Positions 8,672 through 18,514 are shown, counted from the stretch's first letter. The stretch: 64,000 bases of DNA from an uncultured Chloroflexia bacterium (GCA_963774265.1 CAVZDU010000005.1:320001-384000), one strand, 5' to 3'. A program made the numbers and translations. The notes: generated by a model not told the origin, from the sequence alone.

Positions 8672-9259
8672 ATGAGCTTCTTTCGACTGTGGCTGACCGG
8701 CTATCTGCATCCCGGCCGCGCCTTCGAGGCGCTGCGTGACAAGCCCGCTCCTCATTGGGGTCTGTACGGCGTGCTTCTGCGCGGGCTGATAATGGGGGTG
8801 GTGTGGTATCTGCCGCGCGCGCTCATGGGCCTCCGGCCGGCCCTGGCGCCGGTGTTGCCCTTCCCGCCCGTCGAGAGCTACTACTGGCACGCGCTCTGGT
8901 ACTTCCCGGTCTTCGAGCTTGCCAAATGGCTGCTGCTGGCCGCGATCATGCACCTGGCGCTGCGGCTGCTGCGGCTGCCGAGCGACTACGATGTCCTCCT
9001 GAACCTCTCCGGCATCACCGCACTCATCATTGACCCGGCCATCCGCGTCTGGGACTGGATCGTGTACGCGGCGGGGTGGAGCGAGAACACGGTGCTGATG
9101 GGCGCGGCTCACGCCCTGGTCTTCTGGCCCTGGGGTCTCGCACTCGCCGTCATCGGGATGCGCAAGCTTCTGGGGCTGCCAGCACGGGTGGTCGTGCCGC
9201 TGCAACTGCTGGTGCTGGCCCTCTTCATCCCGCTGGCGGCCACGTTCTTGCGGCCGTGA
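8672..9259 (+). CDS. Yip1-like multi-pass membrane protein
   Basis: N-terminal HPGRAFEAL motif, about 5 hydrophobic segments, RBS aaggag. Confidence 0.65.
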   Translation: MSFFRLWLTGYLHPGRAFEALRDKPAPHWGLYGVLLRGLIMGVVWYLPRALMGLRPALAPVLPFPPVESYYWHALWYFPVFELAKWLLLAAIMHLALRLLRLPSDYDVLLNLSGITALIIDPAIRVWDWIVYAAGWSENTVLMGAAHALVFWPWGLALAVIGMRKLLGLPARVVVPLQLLVLALFIPLAATFLRP

Positions 9260-9287
9260 TGCAACCCCTGCCTGAAGGAGAGCACGC

Positions 9288-10154
9288 ATGAAGAGAAACC
9301 AATCCAGCCTGACTGCCGCCGGCATCGCGGTCGTGCGCGCCCTGGAATCCGAGAAGCCTGCCGGAGAGCGGCTCTGCTTCGACCCCTACGCCCGCCGCTT
9401 CGTCGGCGCCGGTCTCTACTACGTCATGAAGTTCTTCACCGCGGTGGGGTATGCCGCCTGGAGAGGCCCGGGGGTGTGGGAGTTCCTGGCCGTGCGCGAG
9501 CGGTACATCGACGACTACCTGGAAATCTGCCTGAGCGAAGGACTGGAGCAATTGGTGATCCTGGGCGCCGGCTACGACGCGAGGGCTTATCGTTTCGAGG
9601 CGCTCAAGACGGGGATCAAGGTCTTCGAGGTGGACCACCCCGCCACCCAGGCGGTCAAGCTCAGGAAGCTGGCTGCCATCTTCGGTGCCCGGCCGGCGCA
9701 CGTCACCTACGTTCCGATCGACTTCGACCGGGAGACCCTGGCGGAACGGCTCTTCGCCAGCGGCTATGACGAGCGGCTCAAGACCCTGTTCATCTGGCAG
9801 GGCGTGACGCAATACCTGACCCCTGCTGCGGTGGATGACACCCTGGCCTTTGTGGCGGGGCATTCCGGGCAGGGCAGCATCATCATTTTCGACTACATGG
9901 ACGCAGCCCTGCTGGGCGGCGCGCCGCGCCATGGCGAGGTCAGCAGCATGCGCCGCTACCGGGGTCTGACCGGCGAAGGCCTGGCCTTCGGCATCCCGAT
10001 CGCCAAGATCGAGTCGTTCCTGGAGGAACGCGGCTTCACCCGGGTGAAGAACGCCGACCACTTCGCTTTGGAGAAGGCGTACTCCAGCGTCCTCCGCCCG
10101 CGCAAGGTGGCGGATGGTTATGCGATTGCCTCGGCGGTCGTCGGGCCGCGTTGA
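9288..10154 (+). CDS. SAM-dependent methyltransferase, leucine carboxyl methyltransferase-like (YktD type)
   Basis: SLTAAGIAVVRALE, FDPYA, QLVILGAGYDARAYR, VFEVDHP, FIWQGVTQYL. Confidence 0.9.
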   Translation: MKRNQSSLTAAGIAVVRALESEKPAGERLCFDPYARRFVGAGLYYVMKFFTAVGYAAWRGPGVWEFLAVRERYIDDYLEICLSEGLEQLVILGAGYDARAYRFEALKTGIKVFEVDHPATQAVKLRKLAAIFGARPAHVTYVPIDFDRETLAERLFASGYDERLKTLFIWQGVTQYLTPAAVDDTLAFVAGHSGQGSIIIFDYMDAALLGGAPRHGEVSSMRRYRGLTGEGLAFGIPIAKIESFLEERGFTRVKNADHFALEKAYSSVLRPRKVADGYAIASAVVGPR

Positions 10155-10172
10155 GGCGGAGGGAGGTTGAAC

Positions 10173-10883
10173 ATGACACAGGGCAACAACAAGCGCTCGA
10201 ACATCGCAACGGGCATCGCTATGCGACTCGGAGCGATCGCGGCCACCCTCGCCGTGCAAGCGGCGCTCCTGTTCGGCGGCGCCGGCCGGCTGGATTGGCT
10301 CTGGGTGTGGGTCTACCTGGGGATTTCCCTCGTGACCGTGCTGATCAACGGCACGATCATGCTCCGCACCAGCCCTGAGACCATCGCCGAACGCGGCCGC
10401 CCCAGGGAGATGAGGAGTTGGGACAAGGTCGTCAGCGGCATCGGGATCCTGGCTGTCTACCTGGCGCTGCCATTGGTGGCGGGCCTGGATATGCGCTTCG
10501 GTTGGACCCCCGCGTTCAGCGTGACGTGGCATCTGGTGGGTGCTGCGGGACTCACGGCGGGATTCTGGCTGGCTGCCTGGGCCATGATCTCCAATGCATA
10601 CTTTTCGACGGTGGTGCGGATCCAGAGCGAACGCGGCCATACGGTGTGTCGCACCGGGCCGTATCGGTTCGTGCGTCACCCGGGGTACGTGGGGTTCATG
10701 CTTCAGATGCTGGGCCTTCCGTTGCTGTTCGGATCGTCCTGGGCGTTCGTCCCCGCGATGGCAGGGCTGGTTTCGATGGTGATCCGGACTGCGTTGGAGG
10801 ACCGGATGCTGCAGGCTGAGCTGCCAGGCTACCGGGAATATGCCCAGGATGTCCGCGACCGGCTCGTTCCGGGCATCTGGTAG
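10173..10883 (+). CDS. Isoprenylcysteine carboxyl methyltransferase (Ste14/PEMT) family membrane protein, copy A
   Basis: NAYFSTVVRIQ, GPYRFVRHPGY, RTALEDRMLQAELPGY, LVPGIW. Confidence 0.9.
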   Translation: MTQGNNKRSNIATGIAMRLGAIAATLAVQAALLFGGAGRLDWLWVWVYLGISLVTVLINGTIMLRTSPETIAERGRPREMRSWDKVVSGIGILAVYLALPLVAGLDMRFGWTPAFSVTWHLVGAAGLTAGFWLAAWAMISNAYFSTVVRIQSERGHTVCRTGPYRFVRHPGYVGFMLQMLGLPLLFGSSWAFVPAMAGLVSMVIRTALEDRMLQAELPGYREYAQDVRDRLVPGIW

Positions 10884-10899
10884 GTGGGGAGGGGGTGAG

Positions 10900-11585
10900 A
10901 TGAAATCTTCAGCTCGCACTCGTTATGCCATTCGGGAGACCATGGGTCTCGTCGTCATGGGGGTGGCGCTGTTCTGGTCCGCCGGCCGGATGAACTGGTG
11001 GCCGGCCTGGGCCAGCCTCGCGGTGATGGCCGCCTGGATCATAGCGACGGCCATCGTCATCCTCCGCTACAACCCCGACGCTGCTGGCCGAGCGCCTGGG
11101 GCCGCGCAAGGGCGCAAAATCCTGGGACACGGCCATCATGAGCCTCCTGGGCCTGATCCAGTTGGCGCGTTATATCATCGCCGGACTGGATCAGCGTTAT
11201 GGCTGGACGGGTGGCTTGCCTGTGGCGGTTCAGCTTGCCGCGTTGACCTTGTGCATCCTGGGCTATGCCCTGGTCGTCTGGGCGACGGCTTCCAACACCT
11301 TCTTCTCGCAGATCGTGCGCATCCAGAGCGAGCGCGGCCACGCGGTCGCGACCGGCGGCCCGTACCATACGGTGCGGCACCCCGCTTACGCTGGCGCGAT
11401 CCTGTATGAGCTGGCCGTGCCCGTCCTGCTCGCTTCCTGGCCGGCCTTGATCGTCAGCGGGTTGAGCGTCGTTCTGCTCATCCTGCGCACCGCGCTCGAA
11501 GACCGCACCTTGCAGGCGGAACTGATCGGCTATGCCGATTATGCGCGCCAGGTGCGTTATCGCCTTGCTGCCGGGCATCTGGTGA
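10900..11585 (+). CDS. ICMT/Ste14-family membrane methyltransferase, frameshifted near 11080 and 11565
   Basis: N-terminus in ORF 10840-11409, GPYHTVRHPAY and RTALEDRTL in ORF 11138; natural end ccgggcatctggtga (PGIW*). Confidence 0.75.
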
Positions 11586-11638
11586 GGTTGGAGGCTGGAT
11601 GCTGGTCATGGGGTGTGTTACTCCGGAGGAGGCTGACC

Positions 11639-11730
11639 ATGTTTGAGGAAGCATCTCCTGCCCTGAGCGGCGTGCCCGCAACCATGCTCATGACTCTCTA
11701 CATCTTCCGGCTCGGAGAGGCGGCTGGTGA
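11639..11730 (+). pseudogene. Internally deleted relic of an LCM-type methyltransferase (paralog of 18575-19438)
   Basis: 5' end ctgagcggcgtgcc...ctctac joined directly to a 3' end cttccggctcggagaggcggctggtgaaaagac; both match the ends of 18575-19445. Confidence 0.7.
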
Positions 11731-11752
11731 AAAGACCTTTGGGAGGCAACCG

Positions 11753-12541
11753 ATGACAGACAGACGTGTGTTCCTGGCCGGCCTGGCGGCCGGTGCGCTA
11801 GGTGGGCTACTGGTGAGGCGGCGGATGGACCGGCCGCGCTGGATGCCGCACCTGGACATCAGCCGGCGCGTGCTGGCCGAGACGCGCGGTGAGGTCCGGG
11901 CGGCCCTGCTGGCCGCGCGCGTGCAGGCTCGTTACGATGAGTTGGTGGCCCGCGGGCCCCGCTTTGACCATCCGGCGCTGCGCCGGCATCTCGAGGCGAG
12001 CATCCTACCCGGCCTGGCGCTTTACCGGGAGCTGCGGGAGGAAAATGGCGACCGGGAAGCGGTCCTGACGGAGATTGACCGGCTTTTCACCGCCTGGGTG
12101 GAGCATTCGGACCAACGCAAGCGGATGCGGCTCTTGGGGCGCTTGCCCGATCCGTTCGCGATCCTGCGAATCGGCAACCGCCTGGTGCTGAAAACGGGCT
12201 TCCCACCGGAGGGGTGGAGGTTGGAGTGGTTGGAAGATAGCGACCGCTGCGTCGCCTACGACATCCACGAGTGCTTCTACTTGAACGTGCTCACCGCCTA
12301 CGGTGCGCCGGAGTTGACGGCTCACTACTGCCAGGGGGATGATCTGCTCTACGGCAGCCTCCCCGGCGTCTCCTGGGAACGCACGAAGACGCTCGGCCGG
12401 GGCGACGACCGGTGCAACTTCCGGTTCTGCCGCGTGGACGCGGCGGGTGCTTTCGCAACACCCCAATCCGACGTCCTCGCGATGTACGTACGCCCGGACT
12501 GCACGGGCAGGCTGGAGCCCACCGAGGACGCCCCACACTAG
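11753..12541 (+). CDS. L-2-amino-thiazoline-4-carboxylic acid hydrolase-like (V4R-type) protein
   Basis: YDIHECFY, YGAPEL...CQGD, RTKTLGRGDDRCNFRF; RBS gggagg. Confidence 0.8.
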   Translation: MTDRRVFLAGLAAGALGGLLVRRRMDRPRWMPHLDISRRVLAETRGEVRAALLAARVQARYDELVARGPRFDHPALRRHLEASILPGLALYRELREENGDREAVLTEIDRLFTAWVEHSDQRKRMRLLGRLPDPFAILRIGNRLVLKTGFPPEGWRLEWLEDSDRCVAYDIHECFYLNVLTAYGAPELTAHYCQGDDLLYGSLPGVSWERTKTLGRGDDRCNFRFCRVDAAGAFATPQSDVLAMYVRPDCTGRLEPTEDAPH

Positions 12542-12551
12542 GGAGGACTCT

Positions 12552-12797
12552 GTGCAAGCGAGACCCAACTTCATCCTGCCTCTCGCTGATGCCTCTGCCG
12601 AACTGTTGCAGGTGGGCGGTAAGGGTGCTTCGCTGGCGCGCCTGGCCGCGGCCGGCCTGCCCGTGCCCGACGGCTTTCACATCCTCTACGATGTTGACTT
12701 CATGAATCCGATCCCTGCCGAGAAGCCGGCCCTGATGTTGGACGATGATCACGGTGGATGGGGACGCGGGGAGCGTGGAAGTACTGCGTGGACGTGA
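12552..12797 (+). pseudogene. Relic of a PEP synthase/rifampicin phosphotransferase-like gene
   Basis: VGGKGASLARLAAAGLPVPDGF N-terminal motif, then only about 35 more codons. Confidence 0.75.
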
Positions 12798-12897
12798 GAT
12801 GTGATGGCGACCCAGACGCCTGGGAACGTTTCGCCTGTACTTTAACCCTGTGCTACACTGTCGCCGCGGCATCGCCCTGAACGGGGCCACGAGATAG

Positions 12898-12931
12898 AAC
12901 CGGCCTTGCACAACGCCGTGCAGGGCCGGTT
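12898..12931. terminator. Inverted repeat/terminator; paralog of 20559-20590
   Basis: aaccggccttgcac-N6-gtgcagggccggtt. Confidence 0.6.
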
Positions 12932-13021
12932 TCATCTTCAGGCTGTGGCCCAGATGTAGCTTGCGGCTTCTGTTGTCACTGTTGCCGCAGCTACTGGTAT
13001 CGCCGCCGTCCAGTTTTGGTT

Positions 13022-13852
13022 TTAGTCATCATCATCGTCGCCGCTGTCGTCGTCACCGTCATCGCTATTGTCGTCATCATCGTCATCGTTATCCATATCG
13101 TCATCGTCGTCATTTATGTCGTCGTCATCATCGCTGTCGTCAGGCCCGCAATCATCGTCATCGCAACCGACCTTGGTAGCGGGCTGGGCTGTGGGCCGGG
13201 CTGTGGGCCGGGCTGGGTCATCGTCGTCGTCATTTATGTCGTCATCGTCGTCGGTGATGGAGGCGCCGCTACGATCTCTCAATGTGCGGGCCGCGATCGC
13301 AAATGCGCCGCCATAGCCGCTGTCCTTGAATTTGCCCACCACCGTGACGATGCTGCCGTTGGCGAGAGAGACCCTCTCCACGTCATCGTCCAGATCGACA
13401 ATGATCTGACCAGTGCCGTCGTTGATAAGGAACTTATCGCTGGTGAGTTGGGTGACTCGCCCGGCGGTGGTCACGATCTGTCCGAGGAAACCGGATGGGT
13501 TGGCCAGCAGTTGGGCGATGGTCACGGTGGCTGCAGGACTTCGGCTCGCCGTTACGTTGGAAGCCACCTGTGATTGGGAGGTGACCAGGGACGCTGCGCT
13601 AACTTCCGCTGAAGCAGCTAGCGCCTGCCAGGCGTCGAGGGTGGCCGTCTTGTCACCCTGGTTCAGGTCGACAGTCATGTCGGTGGGTTGAGAGTTGGAG
13701 TCAGATGCCTGTGCTGATCCTCCGGCTATCAGGGCCGGGAGTGGAGCGGCTGCACTGGAGCCGATGGTGCTCATCACGGCGGTGCCGCCGAGAAGCAGCA
13801 GGGCGCTCAACAAGCCCCCCGCCAGGGACAGTGACAATGCACGCTTGAACAT
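13022..13852 (-). CDS. Secreted OB-fold (BOF/YdeI-like) protein with Asp-rich tail
   Basis: Signal peptide; GRVTQLTSDKFLINDGTGQIIVDL OB motif; poly-Asp C-terminus. Confidence 0.75.
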   Translation of the reverse strand: MFKRALSLSLAGGLLSALLLLGGTAVMSTIGSSAAAPLPALIAGGSAQASDSNSQPTDMTVDLNQGDKTATLDAWQALAASAEVSAASLVTSQSQVASNVTASRSPAATVTIAQLLANPSGFLGQIVTTAGRVTQLTSDKFLINDGTGQIIVDLDDDVERVSLANGSIVTVVGKFKDSGYGGAFAIAARTLRDRSGASITDDDDDINDDDDDPARPTARPTAQPATKVGCDDDDCGPDDSDDDDDINDDDDDMDNDDDDDDNSDDGDDDSGDDDDD

Positions 13853-13902
13853 GGGATTTTCTCCTTTAGCGGATCGGAAGTCGCCGGTGACTTCCTTGTT
13901 TC

Positions 13903-13957
13903 ATGATACGGCGTGCACCTGAAGACTGGTTGAAGTCTCGCTGTAAATCGGCTGAAG
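13903..13957 (-). promoter_or_regulatory. OmpR/PhoB-type tandem box and -10 for the OB-fold gene
   Basis: Four half-sites at 11-bp spacing (ctgaag 13919, ttgaag 13930, ctgtaa 13941, ctgaag 13952); TATCAT at 13908-13903. Confidence 0.6.
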
Positions 13958-13960
13958 AAA

Positions 13961-15387
13961 TCAGCCGGCGTAGGGCAGCGTCAGGGTGAAAGTGGTTCCT
14001 TCACCGGGTTGGGATGCGGCCTGAATGGTCCCGCCATGCGCCTGGGCGATGGCGGCAACAATCGGCAATCCCAATCCTGAGCCTGGGCCTTGGCGCCGCG
14101 GGATTGATCGCCGCGATAGAAGCGCTCGAAGATGTGCGCCAATGTCTCGGGCTGCATCCCACTACCTTGATCTTGAACGATCCACCGGCAAGCGCGGGCA
14201 TCCGCTTCCACCCGCAGATGAATCTCGCGACCGACCGGCGTATAGTGGAGCGCGTTTTCAACCAGGTTGTTCAACGCGCGGCGCGAACATCTCACGGTCG
14301 GCGTGGAGCGGGGGGATGGGATGGTCCGGCCACTCCAGGATGCAGAATCTGTCCTGCAGCCAGCACCTGGGCGCGCTCGCAGACTTCTTCGAGGAGCGGC
14401 AGTGGGTCGACCAGGACGCGATTGGGCAGTCCTTCGAGATGATCCGCCGCGTCATCGATGCGGGCCAGGAAGAGCAAGTCATCGACCAATGCGGACATCG
14501 CATCCACCTCATGGGTCATCAGATGATGGATATTCTGCGCCTGGGTTTCGTCACCGTGGAGGCGGGCCGCCTCCTGCATCTCCAAGCCATTGCGCAGCAC
14601 CGCCAGGGGTGAGCGCAGCTCGTGAGAGGCGTCGCTGGCAAAGCGGCGCATCTCATCGGTCAACTGGGCCTGGCGGTCGATGGAGGCCTGAATGCGGTCG
14701 AGCATCGCATTGAATGTACGAGCGAGGTCGCGCGCTTCGCTCACTCGTGGCAGCGGCGTGCGGCTCGTCAGGTCGCCCTGCGCGACCGCCCGAGAGGTGT
14801 GCAGAAGAGCCTCCAACTGGCGAATGCTGACGCCGGCAATAATGAAGGAAAACACGACCCCCAACATCGCTGCTGCGCCGATGATCCAGATGAATCGCAG
14901 GCGTAGCCCTGCCAACTCGGCCTCGATCGTCTCCAATGGCAGGCTGGCTTCTACGGTGCAGAGCACGTTGCCCTGGGTATCCAGTACGGGGACCAGGTAG
15001 ACCATCCGGTGCGAGGAACCTGCAGGAATCGTCTGCAGCGAGCCGACGCCGCGTCTCACGGGCTGTCCGGTGTGCGGCGTCGTCGAGCCACGGGCCGGTG
15101 CCCAGCGCAGGCGGTACAGGTCGCCCCTCAGCATCCTGAACAAACAAGTCGGCGCCTAATACGCGTAAGTGCTCGCCCAACTGCACCGCCAGGTTGGTGA
15201 GATCGGCGTCGGGCGCCAACTCGGTTACGTCAGCCCGGACAAACTCGATCAGACGATCGCGTGCATCGGTCAGGAGAAAGTCCTGCTGCATGCGGAAGCC
15301 TACCAGCCCAACCAAAGTCAGCAGGGGGATCAGGCTGCCCAGGTAGAGCAGGACGATCAGGCCGCGGAAAGACAGACGGGTTCTCAT
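13961..15387 (-). CDS. HAMP-containing sensor histidine kinase (frameshifted)
   Basis: Two TM segments, HAMP, H-box DASHELRSPL, NLVENALHY, DQGSG, IFERFYR; split across ORFs 14653-15387, 14292-15143 and 13981-14295. Confidence 0.85.
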
Positions 15388-16080
15388 TCGGCCTCCTCGC
15401 GCAGAATGTAGCCCGCCCCGCGCAGTGTTTGAATGAGGGCTGGAGGGCCGACCTTCTGGCGTAGGGAATGCACGTACTGCTCGACGATATTGGCATCTCC
15501 GCCGAAGTCATAGCCCCACACGGCCTCCAACAGGCTCTCTTTGGAGAGGACCTGGCGCGGGTGGCGCAGGAGGTGAAGCAGCACTTTGTACTCGGTGGCG
15601 GTCAACGTCACCCGACGGCTGCCGCGGAGCACTTCATGCGTTTCAGTGTCCAGAGTGAGATCGCTGAAGGCAAGTTGGTTGGCTGCGGGCATCTTATGGC
15701 GCAGCCGAGCACGCACCCGCGCCAGCAGTTCCTCGATGTAGAAAGGCTTGACGATGTAGTCATCTGCGCCACTGTCCAGACCCGCGACGCGGTCGGACAG
15801 CGCGTCGCGGGCGGTGATGATGATGACGGGTGTTTCGGAGCCCGCGCGGATACGGCGACAGAGCGTGATGCCGTCCATGCCGCGGCAGCATCCAATCCAC
15901 GATGACCAGGTCAGGCTGTTCTTCTTCGAAAAGGCGGAGCCCCTCAAGGCCGTCTGCTGCGGCAAGGATTGTGTAACCCTCATAGCGCAAGCCGAGGGAG
16001 ACGAGCGACATGATCGCCTGGTCATCCTCGACAACCAACACGACCTGGGCGCTTTCGGGGCTGATCGGTGAATCCGCCAT
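15384..16080 (-). CDS. OmpR-family response regulator (frameshift near 15880)
   Basis: VLVVEDD, VIVDWMLP, GADDYIVKPF, LTATEYKVL, IQTLRGAGY. Confidence 0.9.
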
Positions 16081-16169
16081 CGTTAGCCTCCGTCTTTGGA
16101 TACCCAACAATCTGTGTCAAGCGGAGCCAGAGCACAGCCAACGCAGGCGCAGCTGCCTTGTGGCGCCTC

Positions 16170-16216
16170 TTGACAAGTCAGGCGGTAGGCTTTATTATAT
16201 GAGTTATCATTCATGT
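16170..16216 (+). promoter_or_regulatory. Sigma70 promoter with ArsR-type operator 3
   Basis: TTGACA (16170)-N17-TATTAT (16193); ATATGA-gttatcat-TCATGT (16197-16216). Confidence 0.7.
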
Positions 16217-16327
16217 CTGCAAATCCGTCACAAGGCGGAAACTCTGCAGCCTGGCCCTGGCGCATTTCGACCAGGGCTGATGGAATAAGTGGGGCCAGCG
16301 GTTGGGCCTCTTCTTTTTAGCTCAAAT

Positions 16328-16347
16328 ACATGAACGGACATTCAACT
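16328..16347. promoter_or_regulatory. ArsR-type operator 4 (degenerate)
   Basis: ACATGA-acggacat-TCAACT; left flank resembles that of operator 2 (cttc..ttag..tcaaata). Confidence 0.5.
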
Positions 16348-16368
16348 GTCAGCGGAGGGAGGTTGAAC

Positions 16369-17079
16369 ATGACACAGGGCAACAATAAACGCTCGAACAT
16401 CGCAACGGGCATCGCTATGCGGCTCGGAGCGATCGCGGCCACCCTCGCCGTGCAAGCGGCGCTCCTGTTCAGCGGCGCAGGCCGGCTGGATTGGCTCTGG
16501 GCGTGGGTCTACCTGGGGATTTCCCTCGTGACCGTGCTGATCAACGGCACGATCATGCTCCGCACCAGCCCTGAGACCATCGCCGAGCGCGGCCGCCCCA
16601 GGGAGATGAGGAGTTGGGACAAGGTCGTCAGCGGCATCGGGAGCCTGGCTGTCTACCTGGCGCTGCCATTGGTGGCGGGCCTGGATATGCGTTTCGGTTG
16701 GACCCCCGCGTTCGGCGTGACGTGGCATCTGGTGGGTGCTGTGGGACTCACGGCGGGATTCGGGCTGGCTGCCTGGGCCATGATCTCCAATGCATACTTT
16801 TCGACGGTGGTGCGGATCCAGAGCGAACGCGGCCATACGGTGTGTCGCACCGGGCCGTATCGGTTCGTGCGTCACCCGGGGTACGTGGGGTTCATGCTTC
16901 AGATGCTGGGCCTTCCGTTGCTGCTCGGATCGTCCTGGGCGTTCGTCCCCGCGATGGTAGGGCTGGTTTCGATGGTCATCCGGACGGTTCTCGAGGATCG
17001 CACGCTGCAGGCCGAGCTGCCCGGCTACCAGGAGTACGCCCAGGAGGTCCGTTACCGTCTGATGCCGGGCATCTGGTAA
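16369..17079 (+). CDS. ICMT/Ste14-family methyltransferase, copy B (near-identical to 10173-10883)
   Basis: Same N-terminus MTQGNNKRSNIATG and RBS; few substitutions until the last ~30 codons. Confidence 0.9.
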   Translation: MTQGNNKRSNIATGIAMRLGAIAATLAVQAALLFSGAGRLDWLWAWVYLGISLVTVLINGTIMLRTSPETIAERGRPREMRSWDKVVSGIGSLAVYLALPLVAGLDMRFGWTPAFGVTWHLVGAVGLTAGFGLAAWAMISNAYFSTVVRIQSERGHTVCRTGPYRFVRHPGYVGFMLQMLGLPLLLGSSWAFVPAMVGLVSMVIRTVLEDRTLQAELPGYQEYAQEVRYRLMPGIW

Positions 17080-17116
17080 GCCAGGAAGTATGGAGGGCCG
17101 CTGGAGGCGAGATTCC

Positions 17117-17770
17117 ATGGGCACAGAGATCCTATTCCGAACGCTCTTTTGGATTCTCTTTGGCGGCGTTCTGGTGATGCGGATGGTCTTCTCCCTCGAG
17201 GTACGCCGGGCCGGGGAACGGCTGTTGCCCGACCGCGCGGCCATCGAGCGCGAAGGTCGGGTCGCGTTTGCCGTTCGCTTCGTCGCGTTCTTTGTGCTGC
17301 TTGCGTTTCTGGCGCTCTACGCGCTGAATGTGCCGTGGCTGGCTGGCCTCTCGATCCCGCTGCCGCCGTGGCTGCGCTGGGCCGGTTTCGTGCTGGGGCT
17401 GATCAGCCTGGCCTGGTGGGCCTGGACGCAATCGGCGTTGGGCACGCATTGGTCTGCGCAATTGCAGCTCCGGGAAGAACATCACCTGATCACCACAGGG
17501 CCTTATACCCGGGTGCGTCATCCGCTCTACACCGCCATGTTGGGGATGACTGCAGCCTTCGCCCTGGTCACCGCCCATTGGGTCTTCGTGGCCTTCGGCA
17601 TCCTGAGCATCGTCGGGCTGTTCAGCCGCGTGCCGCGCGAGGAGCAGATGATGCTGGACGAGTTTGGGTCAGAGTATGTATCGTATATGCAGCGGACGGG
17701 CCGGTTGTTCCCACGCGTCGCCCGCCCAGGCAGACGAACAAGGCCGGAAGGAAAACATGGACATCTTTGA
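17117..17770 (+). CDS. ICMT/Ste14-family methyltransferase
   Basis: LGTHWS, HHLITTGPYTRVRHPLY, REEQMMLDEFG..Y..Y..RTGRLFP. Confidence 0.88.
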   Translation: MGTEILFRTLFWILFGGVLVMRMVFSLEVRRAGERLLPDRAAIEREGRVAFAVRFVAFFVLLAFLALYALNVPWLAGLSIPLPPWLRWAGFVLGLISLAWWAWTQSALGTHWSAQLQLREEHHLITTGPYTRVRHPLYTAMLGMTAAFALVTAHWVFVAFGILSIVGLFSRVPREEQMMLDEFGSEYVSYMQRTGRLFPRVARPGRRTRPEGKHGHL

Positions 17771-18374
17771 GTTATGGTTGGGCCGCAGCGGCGGATTGGC
17801 AGGCTTTGCGACGCTTGCACTCGCGGTCTGGCACATGCTGCGCAGCGTAGGTCACCCGGCTGGCCGCCAGACCGGCCCCGGCGCTCGGTTCTTGCGCGCC
17901 CCGATCCTGGCCCTGGCGACACTCCTGTTCGCGGCCGTGATGGCGTGGCTCTGGCGCCCGCTGCCCCTCGCCCTGCCCGCGCCTGTACGGTTGGCCTGCC
18001 TGGCGCTTGGCGCGCTGCTCTACTTTCCCAGCCTCGGCCTCTACCTGTGGGGGCTACGAGCACTGGGCGCCATGTTCACACCTTCCAGCGGGTTCGGCGT
18101 CAGGCTCCAGGCGGGGCATCGGCTAATCACGACCGGCCCCTATGCGCTGATCCGACACCCGATGTACCTGGCCGTCATCACCGCGGGCATCGGTGGGCTG
18201 CTGCTCTACCGCACGTGGGCGATGCTGCTTTTTGCGGTGGCGATGTTCGGTCTGACCGTCCGCGCCCACCGGGAGGAGGAGGCGCTGTCGGCCGAATTCG
18301 GCGCGGCCTGGGGAGCCTACTGCCGGCGCGTGCCGGCCTGGCTGCCGCACACGCTCCGGGAAGGCGAGGGGTAA
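17757..18374 (+). CDS. ICMT/Ste14-family methyltransferase
   Basis: HRLITTGPYALIRHPMY, REEEALSAEFG, YCRRVP. Confidence 0.88.
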   Translation: MDIFELWLGRSGGLAGFATLALAVWHMLRSVGHPAGRQTGPGARFLRAPILALATLLFAAVMAWLWRPLPLALPAPVRLACLALGALLYFPSLGLYLWGLRALGAMFTPSSGFGVRLQAGHRLITTGPYALIRHPMYLAVITAGIGGLLLYRTWAMLLFAVAMFGLTVRAHREEEALSAEFGAAWGAYCRRVPAWLPHTLREGEG

Positions 18375-18514
18375 ATGCACACTGCTGCTCTCACTCGTTA
18401 TGCCATTCGGGAGACCATATCCCGCTCGAAGACCGCACCTTGCAGGCGGAGCTGATCGGCTATGCTGATTATGCGCGCCAGGTGCGTTATCGCCTGCTGC
18501 CGGGCATCTGGTGA
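18375..18514 (+). pseudogene. Internally deleted relic of the ICMT gene at 10900-11585
   Basis: cactcgttatgccattcgggagaccat (matches ~10917-10943) fused to cgctcgaagaccgcacc...ggcatctggtga (matches ~11493-11585). Confidence 0.8.

Noticed and set aside
7658-10919. Long minus-strand ORFs of 555 and 564 aa
   Set aside because: Antisense shadows of well-supported plus-strand genes in high-GC DNA; no recognisable motifs
11138-12541. 467-aa ICMT-ATC hydrolase fusion in the ORF track
   Set aside because: Read-through caused by an indel near 11565; the paralogous end at 18493-18514 shows PGIW*, and the hydrolase has its own RBS and ATG at 11753
13016-13573. Plus-strand ORFs rich in Val/Ile, Ser or His/Arg
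   Set aside because: Antisense and alternate-frame shadows of the GAC/GAT poly-Asp tract
10173-17079. Near-identical gene pair as a diversity-generating retroelement template/variable repeat
   Set aside because: No reverse transcriptase; differences are not adenine-specific and span a whole gene
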